Shown: one piece after another, positions 28,901-35,391 of the stretch
Position numbering within the stretch: the first letter of the stretch is position 1
Layout: each line of letters opens with the position of its first letter
Source: a virus
Taxonomy: Duplodnaviria > Caudoviricetes
DNA: 64,000 nt
Reading direction: 5' to 3' (one strand)
Virus record (IMG/VR): IMGVR_UViG_3300042446_001529
Location: 1 to 64,000 of that record
Notes under the pieces: model-generated
The model's database searches: none
Told to the model about the DNA's origin: nothing
Seen by the model: only the letters and a program-made list of their open reading frames with translations
Translations under genes and position numbers: made by a program

Positions 28901-30747
28901 ACCGTTCCGCCGCAACTGTGAATTTTATTTCAGCACCAGCAATAGGTGAACTAGTGGAAATATTAAGCATAGGTATTGGCGGTCTTGGTATATTAGATTA
29001 TCAAAGTTATATAGCAGATGGCACCACTGGATTATTTCTTACTAATGCAGGCTATGATGTTACTAGTGGTGTATTTGTTACATTAAATGGATCTCGGGTT
29101 GATGTAGGATTCCGCAACAGCACAGATATTATAGATGCTGTGGGAAAAACTTTAGTTGAATTTGCAATAAAGCCTCAGGCAGGTGATGTGATCAAAATCG
29201 TATGTCTAGCAGCATCGTTGGATGTAGATTCATTGGGTCTGTCTCTAGTAAATGTAAATACCCAAACATTTTATTACGAAGGCAGCACACGCAGTTTTGA
29301 TCTCAACGGATTCAGTGAGTTAGCTAGAGGATCGGCTTTAAGTTCTGTGATTGTGGAAGTTAACGGTCAATTGCTTAACGGTCCAGACACCGACTATGTA
29401 ACTTATGACGGCACCAACAACCAGTTCATACTTGGAGTAGATCCGTTTGAATCAGGAGGTAGCATATTACCTTCTAATCTAAGAGTTTACATCAATGATG
29501 ATCCCAGCACGTTTGTGATTGATTATACATTCAACGGTCCTACTAAGGAATTGATCATCAAACCAGAAAAGCTATCAGTAGGCGATAAAATCAAAATTGA
29601 AAACGATTTAAATGCACAGTATTTTATACAAGGAAATAATGTAATTATTGACAGTGGATTTGATTTTGGATTTCCTGGAGATTCCACAATATCTGATTCA
29701 ACATACCCTGCAATTAATGTTACTTGGTTTGGTGAATATCCTTCTATGGATATTATTCAAGATGAAACCAAAGGCGGCAAAGTGAATTATCAATTGTCTA
29801 GATCTCCTATATCGGCCAGTTATGTATGGGTATACTTAAACGGCATCAGACTTCAACAAGAAAAAGATTACTTTGTGAGCCTGCCAAGAGCAGTGGTATA
29901 TCTCAATGTCACGACCACCCTTGATGATACTGTCAAAATAATTACTTTTGGGAATGATATTTTCAAATTGCCCTCGGCGTACGAAATCCACAAAGACATG
30001 TTAAATGTGTATCACTTTAACAGATTTTCAAAAGCATCATGCAAATTAGTAAAGCCTTTGAGATATTTTGATACAACCATAGAAGTATCAGATGCTAGTT
30101 TGTTAGGGCAACCGATCGTATCTAGAAATTTACCAGGAACCATATTCATTGACGGTGAACGCATTGAATACATGCTGAAAACAGGCAATGTGCTTGGACA
30201 GCTGCGCAGAGGAGTGCAAGGAACATCAATCGCAGAAACGTATGCTACAAACACTGTGGTTGCTGACGTGAGTTACAGTGAAACTATTCCTTACAATGAA
30301 ACACAACAGCGGATTGATTTTACCAGCGACGGCAGCACATTACTGATTGGACCATTAGATTTTACTCCTGTAAAAAGCTCACGAAGCGGTCTCTGGTATA
30401 GAAAATCTATTCCGCTAACTTATGGACCGTGCGATCAACTTGAAGTTTTTGCAGCAGGTCGTAGATTGAAAAAAGATCCACAGGATGTATACACCGAAAC
30501 TAACGGAGCGGCAAGCCCTGATGCAGATCAAACACAAGAAGCTGAGTTTAGTGTGGACGGTGTTTCACAGCAAATTAGATTAACCGCTGCTTTGCCTGCT
30601 GGGACCAGAGTCACTGTGCTTAGACGACTAGGACAAACTTGGTATACAAGGGGCGATACTACAGCAGCAGATGGGGTGAGTCTAATAGATAGCGTAACGT
30701 CGGTGGCTAGATTCATTGTGGAAAAGACCACTGACATCCCTGAATAA
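16930..30747 (+). CDS. Giant 4605-aa baseplate wedge/adhesin (gp7 position)
   Basis: Uninterrupted ORF after gp6; YREYYW, FIREKGT, INEVKPFRT conserved-looking blocks; FG-GAP-like propeller repeats; CBM5/12-like repeats; G.GY..P.V repeats. Confidence 0.75.
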   Translation: MADNTFPKSGLPIRRSVELLPTIFQTPTNDKFLSAVVDPLIQPGVLDKVVGYVGRRYDKTYNGNDVYVDTDATLRSSYQLEPGVIFRDQDKIENFYDYIDVKNQLKFFGNSIERDDKLADQTHYTWNPPIDWDKFINYREYYWEPLGPRSINITGQSADIVSTYKVVLGTTKNSFVFSPDSYTNNPTLTLFRGQTYKFKINAPDEGFNLRTNFDSGSLLFRPNQPYRAGSFAVYDSKLWRAIRDVSVLDASSIAIDSQDWQFVESANQGAALAYDKGVTNNGIENGTLTFTVPYDAPDVLYYQSNITPDAFGRFIIADIEENTAINVELEILGKTTYTSGNAVEFSNGMIVEFNGKVTPSKYAKNTWLVEGVGTAITLTRFNDLVVPRLSTDVPEILFDNEGFDTQPFDDATEYAAFKDYITIARNSLDNNPWSRYNRWFHRSVLEKAYKLRGQDFPAAETSRAKRPIIEFLPNLQLVNHGTTAKMSVDYIDTNTADVFSTIEGSTGYSVDGEFLFNGARILVIADTDRLANNKIYTVQFITHTNSKQIHLQETEDTESILGQGVVVTRGNKNKGLMYHFDGVNWVASQKKTTVNQSPLFDVFDSDGISFGDTTTYSDTEFLGSHLLSYKPGNGRIDSELGFRLSYLNIDNIGDIEFNWNWETQTFRYSVDRKPVTQKISTGFYKLGSDVFANGWQKLNNTYIQPIIDNLIVDTDTDTLTFNTVKWDSLTADPEINFYLNGNRYLGNWTRSRNVFVFDKTFAAKDAVVIKIIADIEPDQGYYEMPIGIEKNPLNTAIQSFTLGQATNHIASAIEWDKEFIGVLPGVSNLRDLQDYRYHASRFLKHSGNTPLAVMTLCDKTHNIVKAIQYAEKEYTIFKNNFLQKSLEIDYNDTVNDFVDDIINSLTAVKTAQDAFSDSDMIGAGAFTALTTVVEDTGIRTFALTQPFDLTTPSSRAVYVYKNDTQLLHGVDYVFDATFSFVKLLVTLELLDVIEIREYLSTATNHIPPTPTSMGLYKKYTPTKFLDDTYQEPRYVIQGHDGSITAAFDDFRDDLLLELELRIYNNIKQEYDSAVFDIDQILAGYYEVGEYSKAQLDGVIVQDFLKWIQNTNINYTVNEYFDSENSFTYTYSNMSDPTKTKNIPGWWRGVYQHFYDTDRPHRCPWEMLGFSQQPVWWEAEYGAAPYTSNNLILWEDLEAGIIRQGVRAGRYDRYKRPGLSSHVPVDGDGKLLSPLDSNLAKDFSLINNRGPFVLGDVSPVEYAWRSSSEWPYAIITAMCVMKPFEYIPDNFDRSKFSKNKLDQYINSDTGLFVTISDVARHVSEANNIGLVRYLTSYIKSQGLPVDNLQKKIEKLDVALSFRMSGFVDQQQQKYLLDSKNPSATSKSIFIPPENYDIIFNVSSPVTTISYSGVRLEKTGGGWIVAGYDDIHPYFNYHQPQASSKDPVISVGGLSEPFTDWVEEKNYNNGILVRYQSNFYRALKTHRSTNDFDRSQWQKLRDVPKIGAVEALRRRIFNTITVRQMSYGTLLTSIQQVVDLLLGYDSYLKTQGVVFNNYDPQNATSQDWLSAAKEFMFWTKHNWEPGAIIALSPSAQKLEINVPVGTPDNLLDGFYDYQILKGDGTVLPPRFINVNRSFQNFKLETTNTTDGIYYARLHYVIKEHVTVFDDRTVFNDIIYDKTTGYRQGRIKMQAFRTVDWDGDYTSPGFLFDNVDIQVWQPFKDYKLGDIVSYKSYNWTSLVNQLGSENFIDATWAKLDSTPVKQLVSNFDYKINQFSDYFETTSQGINQSQRELARHAIGYQQRDYLQNLAEDSVSQFQLYQGFIREKGTANSITKIFDKLSRSSAGSVTLNEEWAFRLGQIGGTDQFTEVEIQLEKTKFKLNPQLHISNLSVNSKVVDSFYRITANDFTIAPVPYTVDFLPTTTQTEPVFTAGYVSAGQYQHVIRTLNDLTTLAIDTVNEADHIWVTFYQDSWQVLRVNESALLYVVSVARPDDTTVILTLNRPHAIAVDDYIGIREIANLQGFFKITAATNTTVTITVNADIDDPEIDTSTTANLQLLTPSRFFDYSSIDQRSAALLKNKSLVFVDNNRNDQWEVIEKNKTYSAKNIDGAGISNPLGLGTKVIYDNTNKHTIVAIPQSGFVNVYVETDNGLSLKQIIAPPVGFFETALGSFGEKMAVSPDGKYLVIGAPTASGVTSRYRGEWAVDVFYAQDDIVVYGGRLYRALNANTAATDGSSEIAINSDDWMPHSTVIPAQTTAGNFGYYQQGMVAVYEFVSGRYVNVTAFVSPRPADNEKFGSEIVIGVNGSEYYLAVSAVGSYNNTGRVYLIKRTGTEWTHMENPLYKGIYNLSDSYKQDDIVWQAAQDPILETARGNLWQSLDGSTSDGSTITLDSQNWLKVSDISTHCSLPTNISVEDDGSTQEFTTTGLLTNTQKAELVKQGDQFGFSMAMSGDGNILVIGAPNSDGQYFANYRGLWRPDVEYVEGETVRFQGSPGTAYQYYQLGDTFDSTDSTYRSYNEDPSASVNWHQVGDSTTTPSGKIFVYKKTAYDSYEFVQMINAGTLSSFTDIDSGLVISTGDQFGFAMDLDANGNTLVVSSPRSDVNYQDQGAVYVLELDQSTTEFRVKQRLQSYEIYADEYFGFAVSVSPDSSKIAVGARNTKTPFSINFDLLEGTTFDNARTRFYIDQGFTGGVYVFDNKDQIFFLTEKLDSDLQTDESFGHSIDCIGSKILVGSPYYKNTSTKAYQGIARLFTASADASWTVLTSQRPLVDLRKIKKIELYDNVNNVKIQDIDFVDAARGKILNIAEQEIKYKTPYDPAVYSVGTDEVVVDTTINWLEKNVGKLWWNTSTAKFQYAEQKDSAYKTGNWNQQVLGSSIDVYEWVETVLLPNEWAALADTNAGLAQGVSGQPLYPNNDVYSVKFFFSPTTGLVSETLYYYWVRSKAVTPSNMPDRTKSAAEVAGLIANPAGSNLAFVALIESNKFLTYNFKTIMQSDTALLNLQINNSLESPRPIHNEYQLLTEGVADNLPSPKLENKWIDSLVGSDIAGNKIPDIDLPAKQKYGIQYRPRQTMFVDRLLALQIVIEYINDILLNETFAEIIEYTNLNKVDTAPSDKLNLYDIAVDTEIDLQTVGTTNTKRAVLRGNLINGELDTIDIIDPGYGYKPKELFDQEQPGIYIGPPVIITGDGLNATAVCHIDGQGRVIAVVVTNRGKKYSVIKVEVRYFSVLVNNDATLNNFWSIYSWDDLRKTYFRSRSQAFDTTAYWNKVDWVRPGYSDNLRVVKEYSNIYEVIDSLVMIGDIIKVKEYAAGGWAKFQKTQEIGQTFLDKYLLVGRQNGTIQINSSLYDTGVTGVGFDNTQPFDTTTYDIENSQELRNIFAAVKENIFVGDYAVEWNKLFFASIRHVFSEQQYVDWVFKTSFLNATHNIGTLASPPNYKNDNLSSYQEYINEVKPFRTTVREYISRYDQPETYASSAVDFDLPPSYSIFDGRANPVNASSTEISQYPWKWWADNKGYAVTAIEVYQQGTEYLTPPRVLIEGDGIGATARAFISNGRVSGIQMLTQGSGYLKAPTVTLVGGNPSTAVQAKATAIIGNSQVRMFDVALKFDRLSANGIYENFSQTQTFIAGGSSAVFFLNYAPTNDKTRIKVTRKISATQKTQVVLASDYQISLYYQPTGGYNLLRGKLTFNTAPTINDEITVIYDKNILLLDAVNRIEKSYNPKTGMIGKELNQLMTGIDFGGVRIQGTTFDVTGGWDALPWFTDSWDSVELSSDYYHVADGSTVSVTLPYIPAAGQQINIYIKRKNTNITVRVDDENYSSAQDSSTGVNPAAEMPTFVGDGVNAVVLIGPYLSTQDGDILIFRPIDSDGSVVITDDNILDTKLSGGSLSAISSAYATATGATAEEIAITGGKFIDKDNIPAPEENIPGQVIDSVSIKVYNNKTSGAAALQSKITISNGQDTVFAIGQTVLENSSVFVYVDNTAKALNQHYTIDRSAATVNFISAPAIGELVEILSIGIGGLGILDYQSYIADGTTGLFLTNAGYDVTSGVFVTLNGSRVDVGFRNSTDIIDAVGKTLVEFAIKPQAGDVIKIVCLAASLDVDSLGLSLVNVNTQTFYYEGSTRSFDLNGFSELARGSALSSVIVEVNGQLLNGPDTDYVTYDGTNNQFILGVDPFESGGSILPSNLRVYINDDPSTFVIDYTFNGPTKELIIKPEKLSVGDKIKIENDLNAQYFIQGNNVIIDSGFDFGFPGDSTISDSTYPAINVTWFGEYPSMDIIQDETKGGKVNYQLSRSPISASYVWVYLNGIRLQQEKDYFVSLPRAVVYLNVTTTLDDTVKIITFGNDIFKLPSAYEIHKDMLNVYHFNRFSKASCKLVKPLRYFDTTIEVSDASLLGQPIVSRNLPGTIFIDGERIEYMLKTGNVLGQLRRGVQGTSIAETYATNTVVADVSYSETIPYNETQQRIDFTSDGSTLLIGPLDFTPVKSSRSGLWYRKSIPLTYGPCDQLEVFAAGRRLKKDPQDVYTETNGAASPDADQTQEAEFSVDGVSQQIRLTAALPAGTRVTVLRRLGQTWYTRGDTTAADGVSLIDSVTSVARFIVEKTTDIPE

Positions 30748-30750
30748 ATA
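30743..30750 (+). promoter_or_regulatory. Late promoter (AATAAATA)
   Basis: Overlaps the stop codon of the giant gene, just before ATGATG at 30752. Confidence 0.55.
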
Positions 30751-30751
30751 C

Positions 30752-31426
30752 ATGATGGAACAAAAAGAGATAAAAATGCCTAAAAATCAAGATCAATCAG
30801 CTCAAAATACACAATCTCGACCCAACGAAACAGGCGGATTTAATTTTGAAGGTCATATCAAGATTCACGATCCTGAGACCAAAGAAATTTTTGTAGACAA
30901 ACGCAATGCTATTCACTATGAAAATATGAGTGTGGCCATGGTCAATAGTCTTAGTAATCAAGGATACGGCACAGTGTATCAGATGATTTTTGGTACAGGC
31001 GGAACCACAGTCGACCCCACAGGTCTTATCACTTATCTTACACCCAATACTGTTGGTGTTAATTCTAGCCTCTACAATCAAACCTACCAAAAAGTAGTTG
31101 ATCAAAATGCTATTGAAAATCAAGATCCTGTGAGAAATAAAATGGAAATTAGACATATCAGCGGAGCGACTTATAGTGATATTGTGATCAGCTGCTTGTT
31201 AGATTATGGAGAACCATTAGAGCAAGAAGCATTTGACAACAGCGTTGACATGAATGGTGAATTCGTATTTGATGAATTAGGATTAAAAAGCATCGGCCAA
31301 AACGGCGCTGAAGGAAAACTATTAACACACGTGGTGTTTCACCCTGTGCAGAAAAGTCTTAACAGACTGTTACAGATTGACTACACTATCCGTGTGCAGA
31401 GTTTAACTGGATTCACTGAGATATAA
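30752..31426 (+). CDS. Virion structural protein (baseplate-associated)
   Basis: EGHIKI.D, NAIH, FGTGGT, FDELGL, HPVQKSLNR..IDY; start probably 30752, 30755 or 30776 rather than the GTG at 30716. Confidence 0.65.
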   Translation: MMEQKEIKMPKNQDQSAQNTQSRPNETGGFNFEGHIKIHDPETKEIFVDKRNAIHYENMSVAMVNSLSNQGYGTVYQMIFGTGGTTVDPTGLITYLTPNTVGVNSSLYNQTYQKVVDQNAIENQDPVRNKMEIRHISGATYSDIVISCLLDYGEPLEQEAFDNSVDMNGEFVFDELGLKSIGQNGAEGKLLTHVVFHPVQKSLNRLLQIDYTIRVQSLTGFTEI

Positions 31427-31428
31427 TC

Positions 31429-33546
31429 ATGCCATATATTGTTAATTTCACAGACAAAGAAAATAAAAGTCCAATCACAGTGTTTGATAATACATCCAGC
31501 ACAGATACCAGTTTGACATTTCCTGGTAGAAATGTCACAGGTTACGGGCAGATTATCGCAGAGAATTTTTTATCACTACTGGAAAATTTTGCATCTACTA
31601 ATCAACCAGTTAATCCTGTAGAAGGACAGCTTTGGTATGATAGCACAAGCGGAACACAAACTCTAAAAATATGGGATAACACTGCATGGAAGGCAGCATC
31701 TGGAATACAAAAAGGAGTTAGCCAACCTTCAGTAGAAACCAGTAAAGTAGGAGAGTTATGGGTAGACACTACTAATCAACAACTGCGGATATTTACAGGC
31801 ACACGTTGGATATTAGTTGGCCCAGTTGAGAGTTCAGTTGGTGGTTTGAGATATGGACCGGTTATAGAAAAAATATCAGATTCTGATAACTTAGATAAAT
31901 TTATTCTAACATTTTATATTGCAGACATTCCTGTAATTATTTTTAGTAAAGACAGTTTTACACCAAAGACTCTGATCACTGGATTTGATCTGATAAAATC
32001 AGGTATTAACATCAGTGCTCCTGCAACTTCGGGTGAAATTGCAAATTTTGTAGGGGGATTTTTACCTGTTCTGAACGGTACAGCAAGAAATGCTCAAGCA
32101 TTATTGGTAGGCGGAGTAGAAAAAGCTGCAGGAACATTTCTTAGATCAGATACCATCAATACCACTAATTTTGAAATAAAGATCAAAAACAATAACGGTA
32201 TTTCTATCGGGGCCGACGAGACATTTAAGTTATCAGCTACAACAACATCTAGTAACATCTATAATTCTTCTGCAGGCAGTTCTATTGATCTACAGACAAA
32301 CCGAAACGGTATCCCAGCAACAGTTTTAAGAATTGTTGACAACAAAGTTGGAGTAAATCAAAGTAACCCATTAGAAGCGTTAGACATCCAAGGCAATGCA
32401 AAAATCACAGGTTCTTTTTTTACTACCAGTAGCTTAGCCAGCACTAATTTAAATAATGGTAGCATGGTCACTCAAGGTGGAATTGCAGTTGCAAAAAATA
32501 TAATTGTCGGTGACGGCATTGACGTCACTGGCGTCCTACAAACCGCGGTTATAATACCAAAAATCACAAACACGTATGATATAGGCACTACAACAAGACG
32601 CTTCAATAATATACGTGCCAAAACAATCATTGCAGATACTATACAAGGCGTGCTCGAGGGAAACATCAGTGGCAACGCCAATACTGCTACATCTCTCAGC
32701 ACAATCACCAGTTTTCAACTAGCAGGAGATGTGATCTCACCGGCTGTGCAATTTGACGGGCAAGTTGGTAGTTCTACAAAAATTCTTAATGCCACACTCA
32801 CAGCAAATATTATTGCGGGTAAAGAAACTCCAGTACCTAATCGTGGCAAAAAAGGGGATTTTGTTTTAACCTACAGGCCTAGTGAAAGCACTTTAGCTAG
32901 TTCTGGTCTTCTTAAACAAACTAGAGAAGTATTTCTCGGTGATCTAGCAGTGCCGATAGGAGCTATTCTTCCGTATGCGGGTATTACTGCTCCTGATGGT
33001 TACTTGTTCTGTGACGGCTCAGAAATTGAAAGGGTAAAGTATACAGACCTGTATGATGTGATCGGCACCACATATAATGGAGTCACAGCATTGCTGGGAG
33101 TGAACACATTTAGATTACCTGATCTCAGAGGTAGATTCGCACTTGGTAAGGATAATATGGATAATGCAGGCACTGTGCCAACTATTACAGGTCCTTACGT
33201 AGATGCAGGTGGCGGTGTTGCAGGCCGGGTTCCAGACGTGCAGGCCACAATACTTGGAGGCTCAGCTGGACAAAGTTCTGTAGCGTTAACATTGCCAAAT
33301 CTACCAGAACACAGTCATTCTCTGTCAACCCCCACTCAAGACTATTCTGCAGTCGCACTTACAACAACACTTGATCCGTTGGCCACCTCTGGACCTGGAC
33401 CGACAGCTCCGGGACAGGCACAATATCTCAAAGACAGCGGCGGAGTAAAAAAAGCCGTAGGAGTGACACTAGCAACACCAGTAGGTTTAATGAATCCTTT
33501 CTTGGCAATGAATTATATTATAAGATCTGGACCACCAGCTTTCTAA
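31429..33546 (+). CDS. Tail fibre protein with C-terminal tail-collar domain
   Basis: Collar motif VPIGAILPYAG..APDGYLFCDG...F.LPDLRGRF and NPFLAMNYII; shared fibre N-terminus ENFLSLLENFA. Confidence 0.85.
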   Translation: MPYIVNFTDKENKSPITVFDNTSSTDTSLTFPGRNVTGYGQIIAENFLSLLENFASTNQPVNPVEGQLWYDSTSGTQTLKIWDNTAWKAASGIQKGVSQPSVETSKVGELWVDTTNQQLRIFTGTRWILVGPVESSVGGLRYGPVIEKISDSDNLDKFILTFYIADIPVIIFSKDSFTPKTLITGFDLIKSGINISAPATSGEIANFVGGFLPVLNGTARNAQALLVGGVEKAAGTFLRSDTINTTNFEIKIKNNNGISIGADETFKLSATTTSSNIYNSSAGSSIDLQTNRNGIPATVLRIVDNKVGVNQSNPLEALDIQGNAKITGSFFTTSSLASTNLNNGSMVTQGGIAVAKNIIVGDGIDVTGVLQTAVIIPKITNTYDIGTTTRRFNNIRAKTIIADTIQGVLEGNISGNANTATSLSTITSFQLAGDVISPAVQFDGQVGSSTKILNATLTANIIAGKETPVPNRGKKGDFVLTYRPSESTLASSGLLKQTREVFLGDLAVPIGAILPYAGITAPDGYLFCDGSEIERVKYTDLYDVIGTTYNGVTALLGVNTFRLPDLRGRFALGKDNMDNAGTVPTITGPYVDAGGGVAGRVPDVQATILGGSAGQSSVALTLPNLPEHSHSLSTPTQDYSAVALTTTLDPLATSGPGPTAPGQAQYLKDSGGVKKAVGVTLATPVGLMNPFLAMNYIIRSGPPAF

Positions 33547-33557
33547 CAGAGTAAAAC

Positions 33558-35372
33558 ATGGCATATCAAATAAACAAAACTGACGGCACAATTGTAGCAA
33601 CTGTAGCAGACGGCCAGGTCGATGACCTTTCCACTGATATCACTCTTATAGGAAAGAATTTCAGCGGATTTGGCGAAGCGTTTAATGAGAATCTTATAAA
33701 ATTACTAGAGCATTTTTCTGGTAACACAGCCCCTATGCGCCCGATCAAGGGTCAAATATGGTTTGATACTAGCCAGTCAAAATTAAAAGTCTATAATGGC
33801 ATCTCTTTCGTTCCGGTAAGTTCAGCTACAGTATCGAGCTCTCAACCAAGCACATTAGCTGCAGGCGACCTCTGGTATGACGATGTTGGAAAACAACTAT
33901 ACTTTTTTGATGGTCTTTCGGCGGTGTTACTTGCACCAGCGTATAGTAGTGTGCAGGGTCTCAGCGGACTGCGAGTAGACACCATTTTAGATACATTGAA
34001 TCAAACCAGAGTAGTAACTAGTCTTTATAATAATGGTGTGTTACTGGGAATTTTTTCCAAAGACAGTTTTACACCTAAAGTAGAAATCGTAGGATTTAAT
34101 GGCAATATAGAACCTGGTTTCAATGCAGGCACGTTATCTAATTTTAAAATACGTGCGACCTGTATAAACAGCGACAGTTTAGGCGGATCTCCGGCAACCA
34201 CCTATGTTAGAACTGATACTTCTAACAGTATAAATGGACAATTACAGATTACCAGTGATTTAGGTATCATAGTAGGTTCAGCAGGCCAGGCAAATTTATT
34301 TGTCAGTGCTGGAGATGTATTAATAAGCAATGCTGCAACTGATAGAAACATTCAGTTGAGTGTACGCAAGGGTATTACACAAGAAGCAGCTATTACTATT
34401 AATGCAGCAACAAGAAACATCAACCTATATTCTGGATTTACCAGCAGCACAGTGACCACCGGCGGCGATCTAATAGTCAGTGGTAATCTCACAGTTGAAG
34501 GTACAACCACAACTATAAACACTAACACAGTAGAGATAGAAGATAAAAATATAGTCATAGCCAATGTTGCCAGTCCCACAAATCTTACAGCCGATGGTGC
34601 AGGTATTACAATTAAGGCATCTACAGATAAAACTATAATATACAGCAATAGCAGTAATTGGCTTGATGTATCCGAGACATTGAATTTAGCTGCCGGCAAA
34701 GCAATGTATATTGGCGGAACTAAGGTAATAGATGGCAATAGTTTAGGTTCTGCTATCACAAGTATCCCAGGGGTTAGTTCTTTTGGTACACAGACTGTGG
34801 TCAACATCGGACCGGGCGTGCCTGCAGTTACTCAGATGAGACTGGAAAATCACAGAATCAGCACTGTGAGTACAAATTTTGATATTGAATTAGAACCAGA
34901 TGGCACAGGAAATGTTGCATTGATCGGGGCTCCAAGAATCACCGGCATGCAAGATCCTGTGTCTGCTCAAGATGCTGCTACTAAAGAATATGCAGATAAC
35001 AAAGTGGAATCAAGACCTGTGATTTTTACTATTGATTTATCTGATGGTAAATCCAATACGTATATTATTACAAATATATTGAATAATCTTGCTCCTGTGA
35101 GTGAGTATAGGCCAAGCACATATGCCAGAATTTTATGTAATTTGATAAGCAACAACGCTCAATCTTTAAGCATAAATTCATTGCCACCATCGATTTCCAC
35201 AGCACCATTTTTAACCAATCTTGGTGGAGCCAGTAGCCAAGCAATTACAAACATCAGCTTCCCCACAGCTAACATAGCCGCAGCAAGTGTCTCGGTAACA
35301 AGAATTATCAAAGTATTTCAAATAATCGGAGGAGTGTGGATATGGCAGTCAGATCTACCATTACCTCCATAA
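33558..35372 (+). CDS. Tail fibre protein, paralog 2
   Basis: Same N-terminal domain (GKNFSGFGE..NEN..LLEHF, GQIWFD); GNLTVEGTTTTIN and DAATKEYAD fibre motifs. Confidence 0.75.
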   Translation: MAYQINKTDGTIVATVADGQVDDLSTDITLIGKNFSGFGEAFNENLIKLLEHFSGNTAPMRPIKGQIWFDTSQSKLKVYNGISFVPVSSATVSSSQPSTLAAGDLWYDDVGKQLYFFDGLSAVLLAPAYSSVQGLSGLRVDTILDTLNQTRVVTSLYNNGVLLGIFSKDSFTPKVEIVGFNGNIEPGFNAGTLSNFKIRATCINSDSLGGSPATTYVRTDTSNSINGQLQITSDLGIIVGSAGQANLFVSAGDVLISNAATDRNIQLSVRKGITQEAAITINAATRNINLYSGFTSSTVTTGGDLIVSGNLTVEGTTTTINTNTVEIEDKNIVIANVASPTNLTADGAGITIKASTDKTIIYSNSSNWLDVSETLNLAAGKAMYIGGTKVIDGNSLGSAITSIPGVSSFGTQTVVNIGPGVPAVTQMRLENHRISTVSTNFDIELEPDGTGNVALIGAPRITGMQDPVSAQDAATKEYADNKVESRPVIFTIDLSDGKSNTYIITNILNNLAPVSEYRPSTYARILCNLISNNAQSLSINSLPPSISTAPFLTNLGGASSQAITNISFPTANIAAASVSVTRIIKVFQIIGGVWIWQSDLPLPP

Positions 35373-35391
35373 TGAATCAGGAGTGGCATAA

